Part shown: positions 39,323-48,439 of the stretch, piece by piece | Numbering within the stretch: the first letter of the stretch is position 1 | Layout: every line of letters starts with the position of its first letter | Source of the DNA: an uncultured Gammaproteobacteria bacterium | GTDB lineage: Bacteria > Patescibacteriota > Patescibacteriia > UBA9934 > GWF2-40-263 | Direction: 5' to 3' | Length of the DNA: 64,000 nucleotides | Assembly (NCBI GenBank): GCA_964402425.1 | Contig: CAYOCD010000005.1 | Location: 6,064 to 70,063 of the forward strand | Position numbers and translations under genes: made by a program | The notes under the pieces: generated by a model | Told to the model about the DNA's origin: nothing | The model's input: the letters and a program-made list of their open reading frames with translations, nothing else | The model's database searches: none

Positions 39323-42058
39323 ATGAACTCCCCCAATAAAACCCTTTATATTCTTGACGGAAACGCCCTTCTTCATCGCGCGTGGCATGCGGTTCCTCCG
39401 CTTGCTACAAAAGAAGGACTGATCGTAAATGCTGTTTACGGTTTTACAAATGTGGTTGAAAAAATTCGCTATAGCTTTAAACCAGATTACCTTTGTGTTG
39501 CATGGGATCTCCCAGGGAAGACGTTCCGGCACGAGGCTGTCGAAAGTTATAAAGCAACGCGCGCAAAAAAAGAACCGGAATTGTACGCACAGATTCCGAT
39601 GATTCAGGAATTATTATTGTCGTATCATGTTCCGTCATACAGCATGCCTGGATATGAAGCTGACGATGTGATTGGAACGATCGCAGAAATTGTCAAAAAA
39701 CAAAATGTGAATGTGGTGATTGTGACGGGAGATATGGATGCACTCCAATTGGTGGATTATCACGTTCGTGTCCTTTCCTTTATAAAAGGGGTTTCAGAAA
39801 CGAAGCTATATGATGAAGCGGCTGTAGTTGAGCGTATTGGACTTAAACCAGAACAACTGATTGATTATAAAGCATTGCGTGGAGATACATCTGACAACAT
39901 TGCGGGCATCGCGGGCATTGGTGAGAAAGGTGCCCTCGAGCTCATTCAAAAGTTTGGAACGGTTGATGGAATCTTTGAGGCACTGAAAAAAGGTGAGGTG
40001 TCTTCTAAGTTTGCAAAAAAACTTGAAGGCAAAGAAAATGTTGCAGAAGAATCCAGGATGCTCGTGACAATTATCCGTGATGTTCCGATTGAGTTTCATC
40101 TTGATGAAACGGTTTATCAATCACCAAATCTCGATTCCCTTCTTGAACTGTTTCGTAAATATGAATTTAGATCATTGTTGCGAAAATACTCGACAGCGAT
40201 GAGTGATTCTGAAATGTCTCCTCCTCCAATGGATGACATGAGCGGATCTAGATTCGTTGTCGCAGAACCTGAGAATTTGGTGAGTCCTATTGAAGAACCA
40301 CAAGCGCAAGAGTTCGCGTCAAAACGCGGCGCGATTATCAGAATTATTCACGAGCTTCCGCTTCTAGAATCTGCTCTTGAAAAAATCAAAGAAGAAACAT
40401 TGGGAATTTTGCTTGGGACACAAACACCAGATCTCTTTGGTGCAACACACGCTGCATTTGCGATCTCAGACGGGTCGCATGTGGTTTGTGTGATGAACCC
40501 ATCGAGAGCACATTTAGATCTGCTTCATAAAAAGATTTTACGTGCAGAAAAAGTAGTGGTGCATGATGAAAAGTTTTTGATGCACACACTTGATTGGAAA
40601 TTCACGAATGAAGTTTTCGATGTCATGATTGCTTCGTACCTTTTGAATGCAGGTTCACGTTCGTACGACATTGGCACAATTCTCAACGAAGAACTTGGAG
40701 TGAAGAATGCGGAACTTTCCGTTTCGTACACGAGCGAAAAAGATTACAAAAAACTTGCGGAGCTCGCACAGCATTTGCCTGCGCTTGAAAAAGTTCTTCG
40801 CAAAAAATTACAGGAGACAAAACAAGAGTATGTGTATGATCAGATCGAAATGCCACTCATTCCTGTGCTCTATAAAATGGAAGAAAAAGGCATTGAGGTT
40901 GATGTAAAAGCGCTCGGAGTCTTTTCAAAAGAGCTTGCAAAAAATATTACAAGTCTTGAGAAAAAGATTCGTGATATTGCCGGAGAAGACGTAAACGTCA
41001 ATTCCCCATCGCAGCTTGCACATGTCCTCTTTGAAACTCTTGGTCTCTCAACAAAACAGATTAAGAAAACAAAAACAGGATTCTCAACAGCTGCGAGCGA
41101 ACTTGAGAAGCTAATGGAAGAACATGAAATCGTGCCAATGATCTCGGAGTATCGCGAACTCGCAAAGTTGCAGTCTACGTACGTTGAGGCACTTCCACGA
41201 CAAGTCGCAAAAGATGGTCGTATTCATACAACATACAATCAAACGATCGCAGCAACAGGTCGCCTTTCATCGATCGATCCAAACTTGCAAAACATTCCGA
41301 TCCGCACAGAACTCGGTCGCGAAATTCGCAAAGCGTTTGTTGCGGCAAAAGATTGTGTGCTCGTGTCTGCCGACTATTCGCAGATCGAGCTTCGTCTTGT
41401 TGCGATCCTTGCAAAGGACAAACCGTTTATTGATGCATTTACGCATGGTGCGGATATTCACACACGCACCGCTTCCGAGATTCTGGAAGTTCCAGAGAGT
41501 GAAGTCACAAAAGATCAACGTCGTGCGGCAAAGGCGATCAATTTCGGCGTTCTCTATGGCATGGGTCCAAGATCCCTCGCGCGAGGAACTGGACTCAGCA
41601 TGGCGGAAGCGAAAACGTTTATCGAGAAATACTTCACCATTCACAGTGCTGTACGTGAGTATCTCGATTCACTGAAACGAAAAGCACATGATGACGGATT
41701 TGTTCAAACATATTTTGGACGTCGTCGATACTTTCCTGAAATCGAATCCGGCATGCAAATGCTCATCGCGCAAGCGGAGCGCATGGCGCAGAACATGCCG
41801 ATTCAAGGAACGCAGGCGGATATTGTGAAGATGGCAATGTTGTCTGTGGATGGTTGGCTCAAACAAAGTCAGCTTCGTGCACATATCTTGCTCCAAGTTC
41901 ACGACGAACTTGTGCTCGAGGTTCATAAAGATGATGTTCCACTCGTCTGCAAAGGGTTGAAAGAGATGATGGAAGGAGTTGCAACATTCGAGATTCCACT
42001 TGAAGTGGAAGTAAAGAAGGGAGAGAATTGGGGGGAGATGGAGGTTATGTCATCCTGA
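39323..42058 (+). CDS. polA: DNA polymerase I
   Basis: LDGNALLHRAWHA, EADDVIG, GDTSDNI.G, TGRLSS..PNLQNIP, ADYSQIELR, RRAAKAINFG, LLQVHDELV. Confidence 0.98.
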   Translation: MNSPNKTLYILDGNALLHRAWHAVPPLATKEGLIVNAVYGFTNVVEKIRYSFKPDYLCVAWDLPGKTFRHEAVESYKATRAKKEPELYAQIPMIQELLLSYHVPSYSMPGYEADDVIGTIAEIVKKQNVNVVIVTGDMDALQLVDYHVRVLSFIKGVSETKLYDEAAVVERIGLKPEQLIDYKALRGDTSDNIAGIAGIGEKGALELIQKFGTVDGIFEALKKGEVSSKFAKKLEGKENVAEESRMLVTIIRDVPIEFHLDETVYQSPNLDSLLELFRKYEFRSLLRKYSTAMSDSEMSPPPMDDMSGSRFVVAEPENLVSPIEEPQAQEFASKRGAIIRIIHELPLLESALEKIKEETLGILLGTQTPDLFGATHAAFAISDGSHVVCVMNPSRAHLDLLHKKILRAEKVVVHDEKFLMHTLDWKFTNEVFDVMIASYLLNAGSRSYDIGTILNEELGVKNAELSVSYTSEKDYKKLAELAQHLPALEKVLRKKLQETKQEYVYDQIEMPLIPVLYKMEEKGIEVDVKALGVFSKELAKNITSLEKKIRDIAGEDVNVNSPSQLAHVLFETLGLSTKQIKKTKTGFSTAASELEKLMEEHEIVPMISEYRELAKLQSTYVEALPRQVAKDGRIHTTYNQTIAATGRLSSIDPNLQNIPIRTELGREIRKAFVAAKDCVLVSADYSQIELRLVAILAKDKPFIDAFTHGADIHTRTASEILEVPESEVTKDQRRAAKAINFGVLYGMGPRSLARGTGLSMAEAKTFIEKYFTIHSAVREYLDSLKRKAHDDGFVQTYFGRRRYFPEIESGMQMLIAQAERMAQNMPIQGTQADIVKMAMLSVDGWLKQSQLRAHILLQVHDELVLEVHKDDVPLVCKGLKEMMEGVATFEIPLEVEVKKGENWGEMEVMSS

Positions 42059-42204
42059 GGGAGTTTGATGACCGAAGGGTCTCTTCGGAAAGTAAAACCA
42101 TCGCACAATGCGGTGGTTTTTTTGTTGCTTGCGACACGCATCGATCAACGATACAATCCACTTACTTAACGGCGGGGAGATCCTTCGCCTTGCTCAGGAT
42201 GACA
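42048..42204. repeat. Nested palindromic REP/MITE-like element overlapping the polA stop
   Basis: TGTCATCCTGAG / CTCAGGATGACA terminal inverted repeats, inner GAAGGGTCTC / GAGATCCTTC. Confidence 0.75.
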
Positions 42205-42210
42205 CAGAAT

Positions 42211-43182
42211 ATGTTGTTATTTGTCTACGGCGATGACTCGTTCCGCACACAGGAAAAAGTCTCGCAACTCAAATCTGCGTTTCGTGAGAAACATGATCCA
42301 ACCGGTTTAAACACGGTTGTTTTTCCGTCTGCGGAAGGAAAGTTGGTTGCGGGAGATGTGATTCAAGCGGTGACGACCCTCCCCTTTTTATCTCCTCGAC
42401 GCATGGTGATTATTCGTGATCTGATTGACTCCGTAAAAAAAGATGATCTTGCGCTTTGGGAATCAGGATTATCAAGAACACCAGATTCAACGATTGTGAT
42501 TTTGTGGGAATCAAAAGCGGTCGATGCAATCGAAAAGAAACCGTTGTTTAAAACATTAAAAGAACATGCACAGATTCACTTGTACCCATTTCCTGCTCTC
42601 GCAGGTACATCGCTCACAACGTGGATTGCGGATCGTTGTAAGTCGAAAGGATCTGCAATCGAATCCGGTGCACTTCGTGCGCTCATTGAGCGTGTTGGTG
42701 CGGATCTGTGGCTCATGAGTCATGAGATCGATAAACTTGTTGCGTACGCAAACGGTGCCACGATCACAGAAACAATGGTCACACAACTTGTGCAAGCAAA
42801 CTTTGAAGGAAAGATTTTTGATCTCGTCGATGCACTTTCGCGCAAAGACGTTCGTGCAACTGTTCGCATGCTTGAAGAAGAACGTTTCGCTGGTTCCGAT
42901 GATTACTATTTGATGAGCATGTTCTCACGTCAGATCCGTCTGCTTCTCGGTGCGCGTTCTGTACTTGACGAGAATCCGCGAGCGGACAAGAACATCATCG
43001 CAACAGAATTAGACGTTCATCCATTTGTTGCGTCCAAACTCGTTACACAAGCAAAAAACTTTTCGCTCACACAACTTCTTGATGCGCACACTCAACTCTT
43101 TGAGTTTGATCGTGCGATGAAGAATGGCGGAATGAGCGCAGATTTGGCGGTGGATCTTGTCACATTACGATTAATCGCTTGA
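42211..43182 (+). CDS. holA: DNA polymerase III delta subunit
   Basis: MLLFVYGDDSFR, TLPFLSPRRMVII, EIDKL, IFDLVDAL, HPFV, D..MK.G. Confidence 0.9.
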   Translation: MLLFVYGDDSFRTQEKVSQLKSAFREKHDPTGLNTVVFPSAEGKLVAGDVIQAVTTLPFLSPRRMVIIRDLIDSVKKDDLALWESGLSRTPDSTIVILWESKAVDAIEKKPLFKTLKEHAQIHLYPFPALAGTSLTTWIADRCKSKGSAIESGALRALIERVGADLWLMSHEIDKLVAYANGATITETMVTQLVQANFEGKIFDLVDALSRKDVRATVRMLEEERFAGSDDYYLMSMFSRQIRLLLGARSVLDENPRADKNIIATELDVHPFVASKLVTQAKNFSLTQLLDAHTQLFEFDRAMKNGGMSADLAVDLVTLRLIA

Positions 43183-43204
43183 CCATCAAGCGATTTTTTA
43201 TTCA

Positions 43205-43732
43205 CTACAAACATGTTCCCCACAATCCAACTTTATTTTTCTTTGCATTTTTTTGCTCCTCTCGAAATTCTTTTTGGTATTGGTATGGAATCTTATAGGT
43301 ATATTCTTTTGCATATCCTTCCTGAATAAGGAGAAGATTGATATTTTCTTCATCAAGAAATACATAACGCAGCAGTCGATCGTATTTATCGCGATCATCT
43401 TGTGATGGATCTTTTTCTAGTCGCACTATTTTATGAGTGAGTAGTTCTTTTGTACGAGCAGAGGCTTCTGGTCCGTAACATTGAACAGGACGATTTGGAG
43501 CAACGGTTTCTGGAGTATTCATGCCGATAAATCGGATGGTTTCTGGTTTTTGATTCAGTGCAACAACAATGGTGTCCCCATCAACAACACGGATGACTTG
43601 TGATTCAGATGCTGTTTTTGCCTGTTTGGCATCAAGTGACTGGACGTTAGTTGATGAATAAAAAAACCATGAGAAAATAATACTGATAACAGCAACAAGA
43701 ATTGAATGTATTTTCTTTTGTGTGAGAATCAT
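43205..43732 (-). CDS. Thermonuclease (SNase) family protein with TM anchor
   Basis: RVVDGDTI, IRFIGMNTPE, DKYDRLLRYV, EGYA, GLW. Confidence 0.92.
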   Translation of the reverse strand: MILTQKKIHSILVAVISIIFSWFFYSSTNVQSLDAKQAKTASESQVIRVVDGDTIVVALNQKPETIRFIGMNTPETVAPNRPVQCYGPEASARTKELLTHKIVRLEKDPSQDDRDKYDRLLRYVFLDEENINLLLIQEGYAKEYTYKIPYQYQKEFREEQKNAKKNKVGLWGTCL

Positions 43733-43874
43733 ATGTTGATCTATTTTATCGTATAAAAAAAGAACTCCCAAATGAATTTATCATTCAGGAGTTTTTTTAT
43801 AAAGAAAGTTTCTCAAGAAAAATATGTATTGTCAACGGATAAAAATAAAAATGGATCAGAAGATCCATTTTTAT

Positions 43875-44144
43875 TTATTTTGTTTTAAGCGCGTTCACTT
43901 TTTTTGTGAGACGTGATTTCAAACGTGCGGCTGTATTTTTTTTGATGACGTTTTTTGAAACGGCTTTATCAAATTTCTTGCTCACAAGTTTTGCAATTTC
44001 TGTCGCTTCTGCGAGATTTTTTGCGTCAACCAATTTGCGCAATTTTACGCGAAGAGATTTGATTTCTGCATTGATGACTTTGTTGTGCTGTGCACGTTTT
44101 TCATCTTTGCGCATCTGTTTTTTGGCGTTGTCTTTGTTTGGCAT
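43875..44144 (-). CDS. rpsT: 30S ribosomal protein S20
   Basis: MPN...AKK.MR...DKAVSKNVIKKNTAARLKSRL. Confidence 0.95.
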   Translation of the reverse strand: MPNKDNAKKQMRKDEKRAQHNKVINAEIKSLRVKLRKLVDAKNLAEATEIAKLVSKKFDKAVSKNVIKKNTAARLKSRLTKKVNALKTK

Positions 44145-44252
44145 AGTGTAATAAATAATTTTCAGGACAAGATGGAAAGGCTATATCTTCCTTTGCATCT
44201 TTCACATTCCGTGAGAGCGATACGGATTGGTCGAAGTTTAAGCGAAAATCCC

Positions 44253-45365
44253 CTAATCGTCAAGCATTTGACTTCCTTGTTCGATTTCGATGGGCTCAAG
44301 GAGTTTTCCTGCCGCTCCTTGTGTAATACGAAAGACATCTTTATCAACTTTTTTAAGCTCACCGGTTGAGGCATTGAAGGCTCGAACGGTTGTTTCTAGG
44401 TTTTTTCCAAGCTTATTATGATAATCTTCATAGGCTTTCATGTGTTTTATGAGAGCCTCAGCTTGAAGTTGGATATCTTTGACGGAATCTTCGATTTGTA
44501 AGGCTTTCAGTCCAAGAATGACAGTTTGAAGATAGGCAAAGAATGATGTTGGAGCGACGATCATGACCCCTTTTTCAAAAGCGTATTCGATGAGATTTCG
44601 TGCATTTACCTTTACGGCTCCCACACTTGAATTGATCAGGTTATGATAAACACCTTCTGCTGGAATAAACATGAAGGCAAAATTTGTCGTTCCTTTGTCT
44701 GGACGGATGTATTTTGATGTCTCATCGATTCGTTTTTTAACATCAGATTTAAATTCTTTTTCCAATTGTTCACGTAAGGCTGCATCTTGTTCATTAGAAA
44801 TTTTATTGTAATTCTCAAGAGAAAATTTGGAATCAATAGGAATCAACATCTCTTTAATGTGAATGACGGCATCCGGGATCAGTTTTTGGCCGGACGTTTC
44901 ATCTATACCGAGATCATATTGCATTTCATATTGTCCCGGGGCGAGAACTTGCCCAAGAAGGGATTCAAGCCAATATTCCCCAAGGATTCCACGGTGTTTT
45001 GGATTTTTGAGAATGTTTTCCAAGCTTTGAAGTTGTGTGGAAAAGCCCAAAACTTGCTTGTTTGTTTCGTCGAGTTTGGTGAGCTTTTCTGTTACGTCTC
45101 GAATAATTCCCGAAGTATTTTGAAAGTTTTTCTGCAGAGTTGACGATGATTCTGTCAGGTTTTTCATCATGCGATCTGACATGAGATCTAATCGGTCTGC
45201 AACTTCGCGGCGTTGGTTGTTGGTGGTTTCCTGAAGTTCTTTGCGGAGCTCGGTAAGTGTTTGTTGAAAAGAGGATTGATCAAAGGTTCCGGCTGGTTTT
45301 TTTGTGAAAAGAAAGATGATAATTGCAAGAAGCAAAAGAAGAATGATAATTTCAACAGGTGACAT
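44253..45365 (-). CDS. rmuC: DNA recombination protein RmuC
   Basis: RGILGE..LE, PDAVI, IDSKF, KYI.P, FAFMFIPAEG, PTSF; N-terminal TM plus coiled coil. Confidence 0.92.
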   Translation of the reverse strand: MSPVEIIILLLLLAIIIFLFTKKPAGTFDQSSFQQTLTELRKELQETTNNQRREVADRLDLMSDRMMKNLTESSSTLQKNFQNTSGIIRDVTEKLTKLDETNKQVLGFSTQLQSLENILKNPKHRGILGEYWLESLLGQVLAPGQYEMQYDLGIDETSGQKLIPDAVIHIKEMLIPIDSKFSLENYNKISNEQDAALREQLEKEFKSDVKKRIDETSKYIRPDKGTTNFAFMFIPAEGVYHNLINSSVGAVKVNARNLIEYAFEKGVMIVAPTSFFAYLQTVILGLKALQIEDSVKDIQLQAEALIKHMKAYEDYHNKLGKNLETTVRAFNASTGELKKVDKDVFRITQGAAGKLLEPIEIEQGSQMLDD

Positions 45366-45590
45366 AGGCTTTACGGTAAATGTTAAAGAAACGTATAATG
45401 ATCGAGGTTCATTATAGCATGCGACTAAAATAGTATTGATTATTTTACGACGCATGTAACATGAACGGCAAGCCCTAAATATTTTGATAGCGTGTCTGTG
45501 CTGGGTGAGTGTGGTGCAAATGCGTACATTGAAGTACTCTCAAGTAACGCACGAAAATCACCCTGGTGGATTGCAAAATAGTTAAGGCTT

Positions 45591-45666
45591 GTCCTCGTAG
45601 CATAAATGGATAGTGCTGTAGCGTCCTAAGCTATAGATGGGGGTTCAATTCCCTCCGGGGACACCA
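45591..45666 (+). tRNA. tRNA-Arg(CCU)
   Basis: GTCCTCG/CGGGGAC acceptor stem, GTAGC-GTCCTAA-GCTAT anticodon arm, GGTTCAAT, CCA. Confidence 0.9.
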
Positions 45667-46607
45667 TTTACCTGAAAATAAGCGTTTAATATTTATATCA
45701 ACGAAAAATTGCTGAAATGCAACTAATACATTTCAGCAATTTTTTATTTGTGGATTTTATGTGTTGTTTCGCTCAAAGTTTTACGTTTGTTTGTGTTTTT
45801 TCACGTGAAACATTTTTTTGTATGTGTGGGTGGTGTTTCTTGGCTGTAAAAATCATCATTTTAAATGAATCATTCATAATGATTGGTAATATTCTGTTTT
45901 AATCTATTTTCACACTAAAACGTTTTGTGATTATTCATGATCTTTATGCTTCAAAGCTTGTGATGCTGTTTAATGTTGATTTCAAGAGTTTTTTAGCGAT
46001 ATCTTATATATTTGATGAAATAAATAGTATTTATATTGTGTTTGATGTCAGTTGTAAATATTTATGAATTTTGAGCAGGATACGGCAAAAATATAATTCT
46101 ATAAGGAAATGAACTATTAAACGTAGTGGAAGCAAGAAATCACTTCAATGAAGTATTGTGACAATGTAATTGTTCAGTCTCTTGAATGAGATATTTTTTA
46201 AATACCAGATCATGTCTGGTATTTGTGTTTCACATGAAACGTTTGCTGATAGCTGTATGAGTGCTTGAAGTTAAACATCCACACATTCTTTGAATGGGCA
46301 GAGAAATGGATTGTGTTTGAATGTAATAAATGAAGTTGGTAAAGACGGTGTCTCTATAAGGTTTACTTATGCACAATCTGTGCCCAACTAGATAAAATAT
46401 AAGTAAATTATACACAGGTTGTCTACAATGGTGTAGACAAAAATAGTAAATTGTGGATAACTCCGGAAAAGAGCGTTTTTATGTTGTTTTCAGAATGAAT
46501 TATCGAGAAAAAAAAGGAAAAGATCATTTATTTTATCTAAATTTAGCGTAAATATGGCTTGACGAAATTTGTTGTTCATGGTACACTGTGTGGGTAAAGG
46601 TAATGAT

Positions 46608-47519
46608 ATGAGCAAGCTTGTTGCCGCCTTTGTTCTTGTGGGGTTTTTTATATACACAAATCCCGTAACAGCAGAGATGACATCCACAAACTACCAGATC
46701 CGATGGGACTCCTTAACAGAGGGGGGTTCTGATACATCCAATTCGGAGACCTACGGAGTCCATGATTCTGTAGGTGGAAATGCCCTTGGTGGTTCTACGA
46801 GTGAAAGCTATCAAACAGATAGTGGATATAGAGCAGGTATCATTGATCAGGTCATTACATTCGACATTTTGCTTCAAAATAGCTCTGACTATCGATCAGT
46901 GGATGCGCGTATCGGAACGACCGTGTCTCTTTCAAACACAACAGGACTTTCTGTGGGGGCATATATCGCACTTATGCAAGATCATGGGGAAAATCAGGTT
47001 ACAGCCGTTGGAAAGATTGTAAGTATTTCCTCAGGAGTTTCTTTGACGGTGGATTCCTGGTCAGACAATGGAACAACACCGACCATCGATGGCACAAATG
47101 ATTTACTTTATCTTTTGAATGGGTCAGCGATTGAACTTGGATGGTTGAGGTCATCAGATGTGTCAACGGCCGTTATAGGATACGAGGTTACTGCCGATCT
47201 CGATAACGGTTATTCTGTTCAACTCATGACATCAGGCAGTCTTTCAAATGGAACACAGTCAATTACAAGTGTTGCAGACGGTTCGGTCACTGTTGGGTCA
47301 GAAGAATATGGGGCACGTTCCTCGGACACAAGTATTTCGACATCCACATTTGATACGCAAGACACGGCTCTTACGACATCATTTCAAGATATTGCAACAG
47401 AATCTTCAGCAAAATATGACAATAGACATTTTCTTACATTGAAAGCAGCTGTTACGTCAGCAGCAGGAAGCGGAACTTATTCGCAATCCATCACATTGAT
47501 TGCATCCGGCAATTTCTAA
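46608..47519 (+). CDS. Secreted S/T-rich protein with WxL-like C-terminal strand
   Basis: Signal peptide; ends GTYSQSITLIASGNF; NGYSV motif. Confidence 0.7.
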   Translation: MSKLVAAFVLVGFFIYTNPVTAEMTSTNYQIRWDSLTEGGSDTSNSETYGVHDSVGGNALGGSTSESYQTDSGYRAGIIDQVITFDILLQNSSDYRSVDARIGTTVSLSNTTGLSVGAYIALMQDHGENQVTAVGKIVSISSGVSLTVDSWSDNGTTPTIDGTNDLLYLLNGSAIELGWLRSSDVSTAVIGYEVTADLDNGYSVQLMTSGSLSNGTQSITSVADGSVTVGSEEYGARSSDTSISTSTFDTQDTALTTSFQDIATESSAKYDNRHFLTLKAAVTSAAGSGTYSQSITLIASGNF

Positions 47520-47520
47520 T

Positions 47521-48438
47521 ATGAATGTTCGCACGATTCTTCCCTCTCTCATCCTCTTTGCTCTTCCGCATCTGGCATATGCGGCGGCTGTTTCGCCTGC
47601 GGTGATTGATCTGGAGGGTGGGCGTGGTGAAGAGGTGGAGGCAGCATTTACCGTCATCAATACACAAGCAACGGATCAAACATATTACCTCGACACCCTT
47701 TCATTTCAAGCAAAAGATGAAACGGGAGAGCCAAGATTTCTTACAGAAGAAACATCGAACGATCTTTCAACATGGGTTTCGTTTCCTCTAGATCAAATCA
47801 GTGTCCCTGCAAGATCTAAAGTGGATGTTCCCTTTTCCGTTCAAATACCGGTTGATGTTTCTTCTGGAAGTTATCAATCTGCAATCACGGTCTCGAGTGC
47901 TCCTGCAGAAGTGGTTGCAACAAACGGAGCCATTATAGAAGCAAAAACAGCAACACTTGTTTTCCTCCTTATAAAAGGAGAGACAACAAAAAAAGTTGCC
48001 TTGCTCGATTTTGTGTCAAAAGACAAGTCAATTCGATCAGATGTTCATACGTCCTTTACCTTTCGTCTGCAGAATCAGGGGAATGTATATGCTGTGCCGG
48101 AAGGACAAATCGTTTTAAAAGATCTGTTTGGTCGGAAACTTGGGGCGATTGATATCAATGAGACAAAACAACGTATTCTTCCTGCAACAACACGATCGTT
48201 TCAAGCGTCAGATCAAAAAGCGGTTGGATTTCTGGATGTCTTAAAGGATCAAATGAATCATTTCTCGATTGGTCCTGTAATAGCAACGCTTTCAATAAAC
48301 TTTGGTGAAGGATTTGAGCCCATTCAAACAACTACATCGTTCTGGTATGTGCCACATCAGTTAATTCTCTCCGTTTTTCTCTTCGTTGGACTACTTACGG
48401 TCGGGTATCAAATCCTTTCAAAACATAAAAAAACGTAG
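47521..48438 (+). CDS. WxL-interacting-protein-like (DUF916/DUF3324-type) protein
   Basis: Signal peptide, VSPA, F.V.IP....G.Y, NQGNV...P.G.I, C-terminal TM helix with basic tail. Confidence 0.65.
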   Translation: MNVRTILPSLILFALPHLAYAAAVSPAVIDLEGGRGEEVEAAFTVINTQATDQTYYLDTLSFQAKDETGEPRFLTEETSNDLSTWVSFPLDQISVPARSKVDVPFSVQIPVDVSSGSYQSAITVSSAPAEVVATNGAIIEAKTATLVFLLIKGETTKKVALLDFVSKDKSIRSDVHTSFTFRLQNQGNVYAVPEGQIVLKDLFGRKLGAIDINETKQRILPATTRSFQASDQKAVGFLDVLKDQMNHFSIGPVIATLSINFGEGFEPIQTTTSFWYVPHQLILSVFLFVGLLTVGYQILSKHKKT

Positions 48439-48439
48439 T

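Noticed and set aside
42028-42210. N-terminal extension of holA in the ORF track
   Set aside because: It is read-through of the palindromic element; HolA similarity begins at ATG 42211.
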